Shown: positions 9,263 to 18,652, numbered from the stretch's first letter. The stretch is 64,000 bases of DNA from an uncultured Spirochaetota bacterium (GCA_963820525.1 CAWGAA010000001.1:2464001-2528000); one strand, 5' to 3'. Notes: generated by a model from the letters alone, not told the origin. Program-made: numbers and translations.

Positions 9263-10810
9263 ATGAGAACGATGGCGCCCCTGCCTCCTCTCACCAAAGC
9301 CTCTCTCTGGGCCGCGGGGATCGCCGCGGCCGCCGCGGCGATCTGGTTGACAAGCCTTCACAGCTACCTCCTGTTTCACAGCATCTCGGAAATGTTCTCA
9401 ATCGCGATCGCGGCGTGCGTGTTCATGATCTCCTGGAACTCGCGCGATTACCCCGAAGCCCGCCCGTTCGTGATCCTGGGCATCGGATACCTGTTCGTGG
9501 CCGGAATCGACATGATGCACACCCTTTCCTATGAAGGGATGAACGTGCTCACGGAGGTACGAGACTATCCCACCAAGCTGTGGGTAGCCGCCCGGGCTCT
9601 CCAGGCGCTGACGACGCTGGCATTCGCCGTCCTCATGCGCCTGAGAAAGACCGCCCCGCATTCACTCGCCTTTGCGGTCGGCGCCGCGGCCACCGCCTTC
9701 CTGTTTCTGTCCATCTTCCAGTGGAACATCTTTCCCCTCTGCTTCGTGGAGGGCCAGGGAGTCACGGCGTTCAAGAAAGGGAGCGAGTACGCGATTTCCG
9801 CTGTCCTGGCAGCCTGCATCTTCCTTGTGGCAGGAGAGCGGCTGGCGGTGAGCCGGCGGGTGCAGAGCCTTCTCATCTCCGCGTTCGCCCTGAACATCGC
9901 AAGCGAGCTTGCCTTCACCCTCTATACCAGCGCCTACGGGACAGAGAACCTCATCGGACACTTCTTGAAGATCCTCTCATTCCTCTGCACCTACCAGGCC
10001 CTCATCGCCACGGAGGTGCGCAAGCGCATCGCGATGATCGAGGAGTTGGAGAAGGCCAAGGCGGCGCTCGAGAGAAACGAGGGGGAGCTTCGAAAGGCGA
10101 ACATCGCCAAGGACAAGTTTTTCTCGATAATCGCACACGACCTTCGAAATCCCATCGCCGGCGTCCTTACCGTTTCGGAGCTCATCACGCGCAGCTTCGA
10201 CAAGCTGGAGGAGAGAAAGATCAAAGAGCTCTGCGGCCTGATTCTCGAGGGTACCCGCCAGGCAATGGAGCTCCTGGAGAGCATCCTCCAGTGGGCCCGC
10301 ACCCAGACCGGGAGGATCGAATACCGGCCCCGGCCGGTCGGGCTTTTGGAGATCTCCCGAAGCACGGTGGACCTCCTTCACCCCATGGCGGAGCACAAGG
10401 AGATCGAGATCACGCTTCGAGTGGATCGCGAGGCGTGCGCGTATGCGGACGAGAACATGCTTTCCACGGTGCTGCGGAACATCCTTTCCAACGCCATCAA
10501 GTTCACACCGCGGGGAGGCACGGTGGTTCTCTCGGCCCGGGAGAGAGACGAATGCATCGAGCTTTCCCTTTCCGACACGGGCATCGGGATGCGGCCGGAA
10601 GAGCTTGAAAAGCTCTTCCGAATCGACACCCATTTCTCCTCCAAGGGCACGGAAGACGAGCGGGGAAACGGGATGGGCCTTGCGATCTGCAAGGAGTTCG
10701 TGGAGCTGAACCGGGGAACGATCTCGGTGCGAAGCACTCCCGGCGAGGGAAGCGTTTTTACCGTTTGTCTTCCCAAGCGCGGCCCGGCGGGCGCGGTCCC
10801 GAACAACTGA
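9263..10810 (+). CDS. MASE3-domain sensor histidine kinase
   Basis: YLLFHSISEMFSIAIA and HTLSYEGM (MASE3-type TM sensor); KFFSIIAHDLRNP H-box; NILSNAIKFT, DTGIG, GNGMGL. Confidence 0.88.
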   Translation: MRTMAPLPPLTKASLWAAGIAAAAAAIWLTSLHSYLLFHSISEMFSIAIAACVFMISWNSRDYPEARPFVILGIGYLFVAGIDMMHTLSYEGMNVLTEVRDYPTKLWVAARALQALTTLAFAVLMRLRKTAPHSLAFAVGAAATAFLFLSIFQWNIFPLCFVEGQGVTAFKKGSEYAISAVLAACIFLVAGERLAVSRRVQSLLISAFALNIASELAFTLYTSAYGTENLIGHFLKILSFLCTYQALIATEVRKRIAMIEELEKAKAALERNEGELRKANIAKDKFFSIIAHDLRNPIAGVLTVSELITRSFDKLEERKIKELCGLILEGTRQAMELLESILQWARTQTGRIEYRPRPVGLLEISRSTVDLLHPMAEHKEIEITLRVDREACAYADENMLSTVLRNILSNAIKFTPRGGTVVLSARERDECIELSLSDTGIGMRPEELEKLFRIDTHFSSKGTEDERGNGMGLAICKEFVELNRGTISVRSTPGEGSVFTVCLPKRGPAGAVPNN

Positions 10811-10903
10811 AAAAGGCCGCGGGGCTGACACGCGGCGGGGAACAATGTAAATGTGCGCTGAGGACAGGCCACGGCCTGGCCATCTAAGGAGGGGATGACT
10901 CTC

Positions 10904-11305
10904 ATGAAGATTCCGGAGAAAGTGAAAAAGTTTCTCACCGGAAAAGTCGGATGGGTCGGAACGGCTTCCCGAGACGGGATGCCGAACATCGCCATTAAAG
11001 GGTCCCTCCAGCTGCTCGACGATGAGCATCTGCTCTTCGCGGACCTCTTCTCCCTGAAGACAAGAAAGAACCTCGAAGAGAACCCGAAAATAGCCGTAAT
11101 GGTGACGGACATGGACACCCATGCCGGTTACATCTTCAAGGGTTCGGCGGAGCTGATCTCCGAAGGGCCGCTCTTTACGCGAATCGCCGAGGAGCTCCGC
11201 AAATCTCCCAAGAAGCTTCCCGAGCCCAAGTATGTCGTGAAGATCGCGGTCGAAAGGATCTTTGACCAGTCCCTCGGCCCGAACGCCGGCGGGGAGCTGC
11301 AGTAG
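10904..11305 (+). CDS. Pyridoxamine 5'-phosphate oxidase-family FMN-binding protein
   Basis: VGTASRDGMPN, KTRKNLEENPKIAV, GYIFKG; AAGGAGG RBS favours ATG 10904. Confidence 0.8.
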   Translation: MKIPEKVKKFLTGKVGWVGTASRDGMPNIAIKGSLQLLDDEHLLFADLFSLKTRKNLEENPKIAVMVTDMDTHAGYIFKGSAELISEGPLFTRIAEELRKSPKKLPEPKYVVKIAVERIFDQSLGPNAGGELQ

Positions 11306-11329
11306 CGCGGCTCTCCGCAAGCGCGGCCC

Positions 11330-12583
11330 CTATTCGGCCGCCGCCAGCAGAGCCAAGACATTCTCGACGGGCACGCCGGCCTGGATGTTGTGCACGTTGG
11401 CAAGAACATACCCTCCGCCTTCGGCGAAAATGCGGCTGTTGCGCGTCGCTTCCCTCTGAACCTCGTCGGCAGAGGCGAAGGGGAGAGTGTGCTGGGCATC
11501 GATGGAGCCGCCCCAAAAGACGAAGTCGCTTCCGTAGTCTTTCTTCAGCAGCTGCGGCGACATGCCGGCGGCGGAAATCTGCACCGGGTTCAAGATATCC
11601 ACCCCCGCTTCCCGCATGTCGCCCAGGAGCGGCGCGATGGAGCCGCAGGTATGGTAGAAGGTCTTCCAGGGGGTGTTCCGGTGGACCCACTCGTTCATCT
11701 CCTTGTGAAGCGGTTTGAACATCTCCTTGTAGGACCGCGGGGAGATGAAGGGCCCGTTCTGTGAGCCGAAATCCGTGCCGCTCATGACGATGACGTCGAT
11801 TCTGTCCCCCACCGCCTGGCGGTACATCGCCAGGTTCTTCATCTGAAGCTCGAGCTGGCAGTGGAAGATGTCGGTGATGTAGCTCGTGCGCGTGAGAAGG
11901 GAGACATACCATTCCTCCGGGTCCCGCACTCCCTTGGGCCTGGGGATGTGCGGTCCGGGCACGATTGCGATATCGCCGAAGCCCGCGCCCCAGAAGTTGC
12001 CCAGCAGGGAGTAGTCGGAGTTCTCGAACCACCAAGTGGAGCTTTCCTCCAGAAAGCGCAGCTCTTCGGCCGTGTAGAGGGAATAGGTCTGGTTCACCCA
12101 CTCCTTGGCGTCGAGCTTCTCCTCTTGGATCGGCTCCTGGCGGACGATGGTATCGAAGTAGTAGCCGCCCTTCGGCATCCTCCCCGAAGGGGGAGCGGAA
12201 CGATCTCCCCGGGGATACTGGACGATATCTCCATTGGCCTGCACATCGAGCGCCGAGCGGCCCGAGATGAAGGCCTCCGTCCCGTCGAACATCCGGAAAG
12301 GCTTCCACGCTTCGTTTTTGTATCCGAATATCGTCGTGGGGAGCTGGATCCCGTAGGTATCGACGCCCAGGCTCCTTCGAACCGCCTCCTCGACCTCGGC
12401 CAGCATCTGGAACGGGTCCCAGATCCGGATGTCGCCCCCAACGATTCCGAGGGCCTTTTTCAGACGCGCGTAGGTGCTTGCGTGGATACCGGTGACGAGG
12501 GTGCTTCCCAGATCCAGAGGAATCCGATCCGGCTTTTCGTGATTGATTGCCGCGCGCACCCTTTCCCGCGAGGTCATCGGCAT
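11330..12583 (-). CDS. Uroporphyrinogen decarboxylase / MtaA-CmuA methyltransferase family protein
   Basis: MTSRERVRAAINHEKPDRIP, DFGSQNGPFIS, FYHTCG, NPVQ, FWGGSIDAQ, VHNIQ. Confidence 0.8.
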   Translation of the reverse strand: MPMTSRERVRAAINHEKPDRIPLDLGSTLVTGIHASTYARLKKALGIVGGDIRIWDPFQMLAEVEEAVRRSLGVDTYGIQLPTTIFGYKNEAWKPFRMFDGTEAFISGRSALDVQANGDIVQYPRGDRSAPPSGRMPKGGYYFDTIVRQEPIQEEKLDAKEWVNQTYSLYTAEELRFLEESSTWWFENSDYSLLGNFWGAGFGDIAIVPGPHIPRPKGVRDPEEWYVSLLTRTSYITDIFHCQLELQMKNLAMYRQAVGDRIDVIVMSGTDFGSQNGPFISPRSYKEMFKPLHKEMNEWVHRNTPWKTFYHTCGSIAPLLGDMREAGVDILNPVQISAAGMSPQLLKKDYGSDFVFWGGSIDAQHTLPFASADEVQREATRNSRIFAEGGGYVLANVHNIQAGVPVENVLALLAAAE

Positions 12584-12621
12584 GCTCCCGGGCGTTGTCT
12601 CCTCCCGCGCGTCGCGATAGA

Positions 12622-12648
12622 GCGCTCCCGCCGAAGCGGCGGGAGCGC
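12622..12648 (-). terminator. 12-bp GC stem-loop downstream of the sugar-binding protein gene (attenuator or mRNA stabiliser)
   Basis: GCGCTCCCGCCG-aag-CGGCGGGAGCGC perfect inverted repeat; no U-tract. Confidence 0.5.
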
Positions 12649-12661
12649 ATTCACGATTATA

Positions 12662-13660
12662 CTACCGGATCCCTTTTTCGATAAGAGGCTTTATTTCGGC
12701 GATGTTCTGGGGGGTCACCGTGCCGACTCCGGTGTTCACATGCAGGCCGGGAATCTTGTAGAGCTTGGTCATCACGATCTGGCTCACCGGGACGTATCCC
12801 TGGAGGTAGAGCACCTGATCGAAGCTCGCGCTGATGTAGCCCTTCTCGATCCCGTCGATGGTGGCGGGAGAGAGGTCGATACCGCCAACAGCCACGTCTC
12901 CGGGCTTCTTGCCCGCCGCCTGAAGGACCTTCGGCAGGGTGGCCGTGATGTTGCCGTGCTGCGTGCCGATCGCCTTCAGATCGGGGTTTCTCTGGATGTA
13001 TGCGGTGAGGATGGGGATCGCGAGGGACGCTTCGGTGTCCACTTCGTTGGACACGTCGAGTTTCTCAACCTGGAGGCCGGCCGCAACCAAGGCGTCATAA
13101 ACGCCCTGCGCGCTCTTGCTCCTGCCTTCCTGGTGCCAGATGTCGTACACGAGAGCCTTGTCGCCGGCCTTGAGTCCTGACTTGACCATCGCCTGGCCCG
13201 TGAGATATCCGCCGCCGTACAGATCCGCTCCGGCGTACCCGAAGCCCTTGTCCTGGTACTTCGCCTCGATGTTGGGAAGCGGATTGTTGCCGCTCGTGAC
13301 GATGATGCCCAGCTTCTCTGCCTGGTCCACCAGTGAGGCGAAAGCGGCTTCTCCGGGATGTCCCATGATGACGATCCCGTCCGGATTGGCGGCGAAAGCC
13401 TGCTTGAACTGGTCAATCATCTTCTGGGGATCCCAGCCCGAGTACTGCTCGATGAGCTTTACGCCATTGGCGGCCGCGGCTGCCTTGGCGCCATTGGTCC
13501 TGGCCAGCGTGGAGGGGTCTCCCTGCGTGCCGCCCATCTGCATGTAGATCGTGATCTGCTTGCCTCCGGCTGCCTCCTTCTGGCCGGCCGCGGATACGCC
13601 GCTTACCACCAGGATGCCCAGGACCGCGATCGCGATCAGACACTTTGCAAACTTGCCCAT
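12662..13660 (-). CDS. Sugar ABC transporter substrate-binding protein (RbsB-like)
   Basis: Signal peptide, spirochaete-style AAGQKE N-terminus, NPDGIVIMG, GIDLSP, DQVLYLQGY. Confidence 0.88.
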   Translation of the reverse strand: MGKFAKCLIAIAVLGILVVSGVSAAGQKEAAGGKQITIYMQMGGTQGDPSTLARTNGAKAAAAANGVKLIEQYSGWDPQKMIDQFKQAFAANPDGIVIMGHPGEAAFASLVDQAEKLGIIVTSGNNPLPNIEAKYQDKGFGYAGADLYGGGYLTGQAMVKSGLKAGDKALVYDIWHQEGRSKSAQGVYDALVAAGLQVEKLDVSNEVDTEASLAIPILTAYIQRNPDLKAIGTQHGNITATLPKVLQAAGKKPGDVAVGGIDLSPATIDGIEKGYISASFDQVLYLQGYVPVSQIVMTKLYKIPGLHVNTGVGTVTPQNIAEIKPLIEKGIR

Positions 13661-13706
13661 TGTATCCTCCCTTTCAAAGGTTTCTCCTGCGCCAACGGCG
13701 CTTTTT

Positions 13707-14738
13707 TCATGAGCTGTTTTCCTTTCGCGAGGGCACGGCCCAGCGGCCGAGCCTCCGGGCGAACCTCGCGATCCCCCCTTTTTCGATGACGATGTTGAGC
13801 ACGACGGAGGCGGCCATCACCATGCCTTCCACGAGCTGGACCCAGTAGCCGCTGATCCCCGTGGCCACCACCCCCGCCTCAAGCGAGCCGATGATATAGG
13901 AGCCGAAAAACGTGCCCACCAGGGACCCGTAGCCGCCGGCGATGGAGGTCCCGCCGATGAAGACCGCCGCCATCACCGGAAGGAGGAAGCCCTGGCCCTG
14001 CGTGGGGAAAAAGACGTTGATCTCCAGGGTGAGCAGAAGAGCCGCGAAGGCGGCGATCACGCCGTTCATCGTGAAGAGCTTGATCCGCGTCGCCTCCACA
14101 TTGATTCCCATGACCCGGGCGACGTCGGGATTGTCGCCGATGAACATGATGGCCTCGCCGAAGGTGTGGCGGTTGAGGATGAACCACAGAAAGACCGCGA
14201 GCGCGAGCGCCCAGAGCGCCTGCACGGGGAACACCCCGAAAAGCCGGCCCACGAGAATCGAATGCACGGGGTGGCCGACCACCTCCCTGAGGTTCAGCTG
14301 AAGACCTCCCGCAAGGAGCACCGTTACCCCGTACCAGAAGAACTGCGCGGCAAGGGTCGCCATGATGGAAGGCACACCGATACGGGCCACCATGAGACCG
14401 TTGATGTAGCCCACCAGGGCGCCGGATCCGAGGGCGAGGACGACGCCGAGCAGGGGGGAGTTGAAAGTCTTGAAGCACCAGGCGAAAACGAAGCCGGCAA
14501 ACGCGACGATTGCGGGGAAGCTCAGGTCGATCTCCCCCGCCGTGATGATGAAGGTGAGCCCGAGGGCGAGGACGACCTGCGGGGGCACGGTCTGGAAGAA
14601 GGACATGTAGATCCTGTAGCCGGTGAATACCTGAGGCGAGGTGGCCATGAATACGAGGTACAGGACGGCGAGAACCGTCGCGATGGGCAGGCCCTCGATT
14701 CTTCCCAGAACGCCGAAGGGGGACCTTTGCCGCATCAT
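13707..14738 (-). CDS. Sugar ABC transporter permease (RbsC-like)
   Basis: ITAGEIDLS, GVPSIMATL, FIGDNPDVARVMGI, AAVFIGGTSIAGG. Confidence 0.9.
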   Translation of the reverse strand: MMRQRSPFGVLGRIEGLPIATVLAVLYLVFMATSPQVFTGYRIYMSFFQTVPPQVVLALGLTFIITAGEIDLSFPAIVAFAGFVFAWCFKTFNSPLLGVVLALGSGALVGYINGLMVARIGVPSIMATLAAQFFWYGVTVLLAGGLQLNLREVVGHPVHSILVGRLFGVFPVQALWALALAVFLWFILNRHTFGEAIMFIGDNPDVARVMGINVEATRIKLFTMNGVIAAFAALLLTLEINVFFPTQGQGFLLPVMAAVFIGGTSIAGGYGSLVGTFFGSYIIGSLEAGVVATGISGYWVQLVEGMVMAASVVLNIVIEKGGIARFARRLGRWAVPSRKENSS

Positions 14739-15556
14739 GAGCGCTCCTTGAAGCTCGCGTTACCGCTCGCTGGATGTTCCTTGTCTTTCATGCCGTGCGC
14801 GTACTCCAGCAGGAACTCATCCAGCGCCTTCAGCGAGATGTCCTTCTTCAAGATGCTCGCCACGATCTCGCCCCGGTCCATGACGATGAAGCGGTCCGAT
14901 ATCTCATAGACGTCCTGGATGTCGTGGGATATGTAGATGGAGGCCTTGCCCCCCTCCTTGATTTTGTGCACGAAGTTCAGGACCTTTCGCACCTCTTTCA
15001 AAGAGAGGGCCGCTGTGGGCTCGTCGAGGATGATGAGATCCGCCTCGAAGTGCATCGCCCTGCCGATGGCCACCCCCTGCCGTTCTCCGCCGGAGAGCTT
15101 GCTCACCTTGGATTCCACCGTAATGCCCTTGCCGCGGAATCCGATCGTGCTGATCATGATGTCGTTCGCTATCTCCTTCTGCTTCTTCACGTTGATGAAA
15201 CCGAAGGGGTAGGTGATCTCGCGTCCAATGAAGAAATTGCGCCAGAGGGCCTGCTTCTCTCCCAGAGACTTGTCCTGATAGACGGTCTCGATTCCGTACT
15301 CGTGGGCTCTCTTCACGGTATATGCGTGCAAATCCACTTTGCGGCCCGCCACGAAAAGATCTCCTACCGATGGAGGGAAGACGCCGGTGAGGATTTTGAC
15401 CAAGGTCGATTTCCCCGCTCCGTTGTCGCCGATGAGCCCGACGATCTCGTTTCTCCCGACGTCGAGGTTGATCTTTTTCAAAGCGCAGACAAGGCCGAAA
15501 TACTTTTCAATATCAACAAGACGCAATGCGGAGTTTGCCTCGGGAATCCCTGGCAC
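14735..15556 (-). CDS. Sugar ABC transporter ATP-binding protein (single NBD)
   Basis: GDNGAGKS Walker A, LSGGERQ signature, IILDEPT; GTG start after AAGGAGG. Confidence 0.92.
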   Translation of the reverse strand: MPGIPEANSALRLVDIEKYFGLVCALKKINLDVGRNEIVGLIGDNGAGKSTLVKILTGVFPPSVGDLFVAGRKVDLHAYTVKRAHEYGIETVYQDKSLGEKQALWRNFFIGREITYPFGFINVKKQKEIANDIMISTIGFRGKGITVESKVSKLSGGERQGVAIGRAMHFEADLIILDEPTAALSLKEVRKVLNFVHKIKEGGKASIYISHDIQDVYEISDRFIVMDRGEIVASILKKDISLKALDEFLLEYAHGMKDKEHPASGNASFKERS

Positions 15557-15576
15557 GGCAGATCCTCCTTGATAGT

Positions 15577-15591
15577 GGTACAGCTTGTACC
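15577..15591. promoter_or_regulatory. Candidate AraR/GntR operator upstream of the sugar ABC operon
   Basis: Palindrome GGTACA-gct-TGTACC; the core AGCTTGTA recurs inverted (TACAAGCT, 15709-15716) directly before the regulator ATG. Confidence 0.45.
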
Positions 15592-15716
15592 TTTCAGTGG
15601 TAACCGATTATAGCATTGCAAAAATGGCAAATCAAGTGAAAAAAACGTGTCTTTTTGCATTTTATGTTTGTAAATAAGGAGAAACCATGATATGATACAA
15701 CATATACCTACAAGCT

Positions 15717-16802
15717 ATGAGGAAATATCAGCTCGTTGAATCGTGGGCAAAGAAGGCAATCTCGGACGGCAAGATCGCAGCGGGGGAAAAAATCCCTTCG
15801 GAGAGCCAGCTCTGCGCCCAATTCGGGGTGTCGCGGAACTCCGTCCGTCAGGCAATCCGCAATCTCATCCAGGAGGGATGGGTCTCCAGCATTCGCGGGG
15901 TGGGTACGTTTTGCCGTTCCCGTCTTCCTTCAACCCAGCTCACAACGAATATTGCCTTCGTGGCATTCTTCGCAAGCTCCTACATCTTTCCCGAGGTCAT
16001 CAGGGGATGCGATCACATCCTCTATACCAAGGGCTTCAACCTCATCTTGAACCAGTCCGAATACGACCTTGAAAAGGAGCGGAACATCCTCCTGGCCCTT
16101 CGAAAGAAAAGAGTGGACGGCATCATCATCGCCCCCGTGTATGACGGGAAAGACCGCTCCAACGCCAGCCTCCTGGAGGAGATTCAGGCCGAAGGCATCG
16201 CGATCGTCCTGTGCGACAGCACGTTCCTCGACAAGCGGTTCAGCTTCGTTGCCATGGACGACATCGCGGGCGGCGCGGCGGCGGCCTCGTACCTCTGGGA
16301 GAGGGGGCACAGGAAAATCGGGGTATTCTTCCAGGATGACTACCTCGTCAAGATCCGGAGGGCAGAGGGGGTTTGCGGGTTCCTCGAGCGGCAGGGAACG
16401 CCGGTCCGCTACGATTGGATCGTCAAGTTCAAGGGACAGGGCCCTTCCAGCGAAGCCTCATTCGCCGCGGAGCGCTTCCTGAAAAAGGCTCCCGATCTTC
16501 CCACGGCCGTCGTATGCTCAAGCGACGAGGACGCCCTTCAGCTCATCCAGGTGGCCGAGAAATACTCCATCCGCGTTCCCCAGGATCTCTCCGTGATCGG
16601 CTTCGACAACTCGAGCATCGCGGGGCTCCAGCGCGTCTCGCTCACCTCCGTGGACCATCCCAGCTTCTCCATGGGAGAGCTCATGACCAACATCCTGTTG
16701 GAGAGGATCTTCCACCCCGACCTGCGCTTCGTCACGCGAACGCTCATCACCCCTTCAATTGTGGAGCGGGCCTCGGTTCGCGCGCTCGAGGCCGGTTCAT
16801 AG
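15717..16802 (+). CDS. AraR-type regulator (GntR HTH plus LacI sugar-binding domain)
   Basis: KIPSESQLCAQFGVSRNSVRQAI..L..EG...RGVGTF; RVDGIII, RVPQDLSVIGFDN. Divergent from the sugar ABC operon; promoter TTGTAA-N17-(TG)TATGAT at 15668-15696. Confidence 0.88.
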   Translation: MRKYQLVESWAKKAISDGKIAAGEKIPSESQLCAQFGVSRNSVRQAIRNLIQEGWVSSIRGVGTFCRSRLPSTQLTTNIAFVAFFASSYIFPEVIRGCDHILYTKGFNLILNQSEYDLEKERNILLALRKKRVDGIIIAPVYDGKDRSNASLLEEIQAEGIAIVLCDSTFLDKRFSFVAMDDIAGGAAAASYLWERGHRKIGVFFQDDYLVKIRRAEGVCGFLERQGTPVRYDWIVKFKGQGPSSEASFAAERFLKKAPDLPTAVVCSSDEDALQLIQVAEKYSIRVPQDLSVIGFDNSSIAGLQRVSLTSVDHPSFSMGELMTNILLERIFHPDLRFVTRTLITPSIVERASVRALEAGS

Positions 16803-16839
16803 CGTCCTCCTCGTCCAGGCGCCGGGAGGGCGAAAGAGT

Positions 16840-17013
16840 TCACTTCTCGATGGGCACCCCCACCAGGTTTCCGTATTCGGTCAAGCTTCCATCGTGGTTC
16901 TCCGCCGTCTCTACTCCCAGGAGGTATTTCAGTACGAACCATGTATGGCTGGACCTCTCTCCGATACGGCAGTAGCTGACAACCGTTTTCTTCGGGTCGA
17001 TCCCGTTCGAGAG
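16840..17013 (-). pseudogene. C-terminal fragment of an SseA/CysA-type thiosulfate sulfurtransferase (rhodanese)
   Basis: [30 protein letters not shown]...[19 protein letters not shown]; only about the last 57 codons remain. Confidence 0.8.
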
Positions 17014-17231
17014 CCCTGCCCTCCCCAATCGCCCCCCGATCCTCCATGTCCTTTACCATCTGAAATGCGGCGCGGTCCTTGACGGAGCCGAAGGGATTCA
17101 GCCACTCGAGCTTCGCATAGAGCGTGAAATCCCTCTGGGTATTCAGCCGGTTGATTCGGACCATGGGACGGGTTTTCCTCGTTCGGGAGCATTTCCAGTA
17201 TGCTCTCGTAGACTCGAGCATCATGGTTCAT
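17014..17231 (-). pseudogene. N-terminal fragment of a cysteine synthase (CysK/CysM family), frameshifted and truncated
   Basis: RVYESILEMLPNEENP / PMVRINRL...LYAKLEWLNPFGSVKDRAA (PLP Lys); frameshift near 17166; stops before the EPTSGNTG motif. Confidence 0.8.
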
Positions 17232-17275
17232 TGCTTCAATCTCACAAAGAAAGGTACTTTCGCGATGCCCCGCAG

Positions 17276-18199
17276 TCAAAACCGGGACCGGCCTCGGCAG
17301 GAGAGGGAGATTTCGGCGCCGGGTGAGAGGGAGAAAAGCTCTGCCGCGCTGCCGCGGTTCACGGCGACCTCAAGGAGTCCGTCGCTTCCGATGTACGCAA
17401 GCGGCGCCCCGAGCGGTGCCTGGGCGAACGCTGCGACAAGCGGGATGCGCGCCCCTCCGGGGAGCAGGACGTCCAGCTCCCCCGACAGCATGATGCTATC
17501 CGCGGAAGGGAGCCACGGCTCCAGAAGGAGGGCGCCCGCATCGCGGCGGAGAACGCCGATGCTGGTCACGAGGTTTCCAAAGGCGTCCACGTGGAGCACC
17601 TCGCCGCTCACGATCGGTCCCTCTCCTGCGCGGAAACGCGCCGGCTCCCCCGCGGCAGGAGCGATCTCCGATACCGGTCCCGCTTCGATGCCGGGATGGA
17701 CGGCGAGCTTCGGGTAAGGCAGGAGGGTGAGGCTTTCCACCTTCGGCCCAAGCTCCATGATGTCCGCTCCCGCGGCCAGATGGGCGGCGGCTGGCGCGAA
17801 GATGTCCCTGCCGTGGAACGTGGAGCTCACGCTGTCGCGCTGGAACGCCGGGGAGGCGATCTCGACGGCAATCCGCTCCTTCCGGCGGGCGAGCAGGAAC
17901 GTCACAAGCCCGTTGTCCGGGCCGACGAAGGTGAAATCCGGGAACCGCACGGCAACCGCTCTGCGGGAAGTTCCGACTCCAGGGTCCACCACGGCGAGCA
18001 CGACGGCTCCCGCGGGCAGGAAGGGGACCGACTGCCAGAGCGCGAAAGCCCCTGCGCGCACGTCCCCGGGGGGTACCTCGTGCGTCAGATCGATGAAGCC
18101 GACGCCGGGAGCGATCCCCGCCATCACCGCCTTCATCACCCCGACAAAGACGTCCCGCGAACCGAAATCGCTCACGAGCGCAATGACTCCCCGCCCCAT
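17276..18199 (-). CDS. SAM hydroxide adenosyltransferase / SAM-dependent chlorinase-fluorinase family (DUF62)
   Basis: IALVSDFG, DLTHEV, VVDPGVGTSRR, GPDNG, SSTFHGRDIFAP, VDAFGN, LEVAVNRGSA. Alternative ATG 18220 overlaps the archease stop. Confidence 0.88.
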   Translation of the reverse strand: MGRGVIALVSDFGSRDVFVGVMKAVMAGIAPGVGFIDLTHEVPPGDVRAGAFALWQSVPFLPAGAVVLAVVDPGVGTSRRAVAVRFPDFTFVGPDNGLVTFLLARRKERIAVEIASPAFQRDSVSSTFHGRDIFAPAAAHLAAGADIMELGPKVESLTLLPYPKLAVHPGIEAGPVSEIAPAAGEPARFRAGEGPIVSGEVLHVDAFGNLVTSIGVLRRDAGALLLEPWLPSADSIMLSGELDVLLPGGARIPLVAAFAQAPLGAPLAYIGSDGLLEVAVNRGSAAELFSLSPGAEISLSCRGRSRF

Positions 18200-18216
18200 C
18201 CGCCCTCCCTTTCCCC

Positions 18217-18648
18217 TCATATGTCGAGCACCACGCGCGCCATCCAACCGCCGGCGGCCTGCCGGACCTTGAGAAGGTGCAGGGTCACAGCCTTGACGTC
18301 GAGCTGTAGGGTATGACGTGAGGGGTTGATTCTTTCGCCTTCAAGCTCGGCCGAAAGGCGCCAGCGGCGGCCCTCCCGCGTCAGGCGGGGCCAGGGGCAG
18401 CGGAGGAGGAGCTGCTCCGCGTCCTTGTAATAGACAATCTCCTCAAGGAGGCGGAACAGGAGCATGTCCAGCTCTTCTTCCTCTGCCGACACTGGCTTCT
18501 TCACCAACCCCTCCACAGACTCGGGTGATTCAACCATGACGCCCAGGGTCGCGTCGGCGCAGAGGCTGAAGAGGTCCTCCAGGGTTTCGGCGCGGGCTTC
18601 GAAGGCGATATCCGCGATTGCCACGTCTTCCAGGTAGCGGTACGGCAT
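18217..18648 (-). CDS. Archease (RtcB activator)
   Basis: MPYRYLEDVAIADIAFEARAETLEDLF, LLEEIVYYKD, DVKAVTLH, VVLDI C-terminus; 143 aa. Confidence 0.9.
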   Translation of the reverse strand: MPYRYLEDVAIADIAFEARAETLEDLFSLCADATLGVMVESPESVEGLVKKPVSAEEEELDMLLFRLLEEIVYYKDAEQLLLRCPWPRLTREGRRWRLSAELEGERINPSRHTLQLDVKAVTLHLLKVRQAAGGWMARVVLDI

Positions 18649-18652
18649 CGGT

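Noticed and set aside
17276..18199. DUF62 gene as a true fluorinase or chlorinase
   Set aside because: It keeps the Asp/Arg/His residues typical of SAM hydroxide adenosyltransferases (VDPGV, RR, TFHGRD) and there is no halometabolite cluster nearby.
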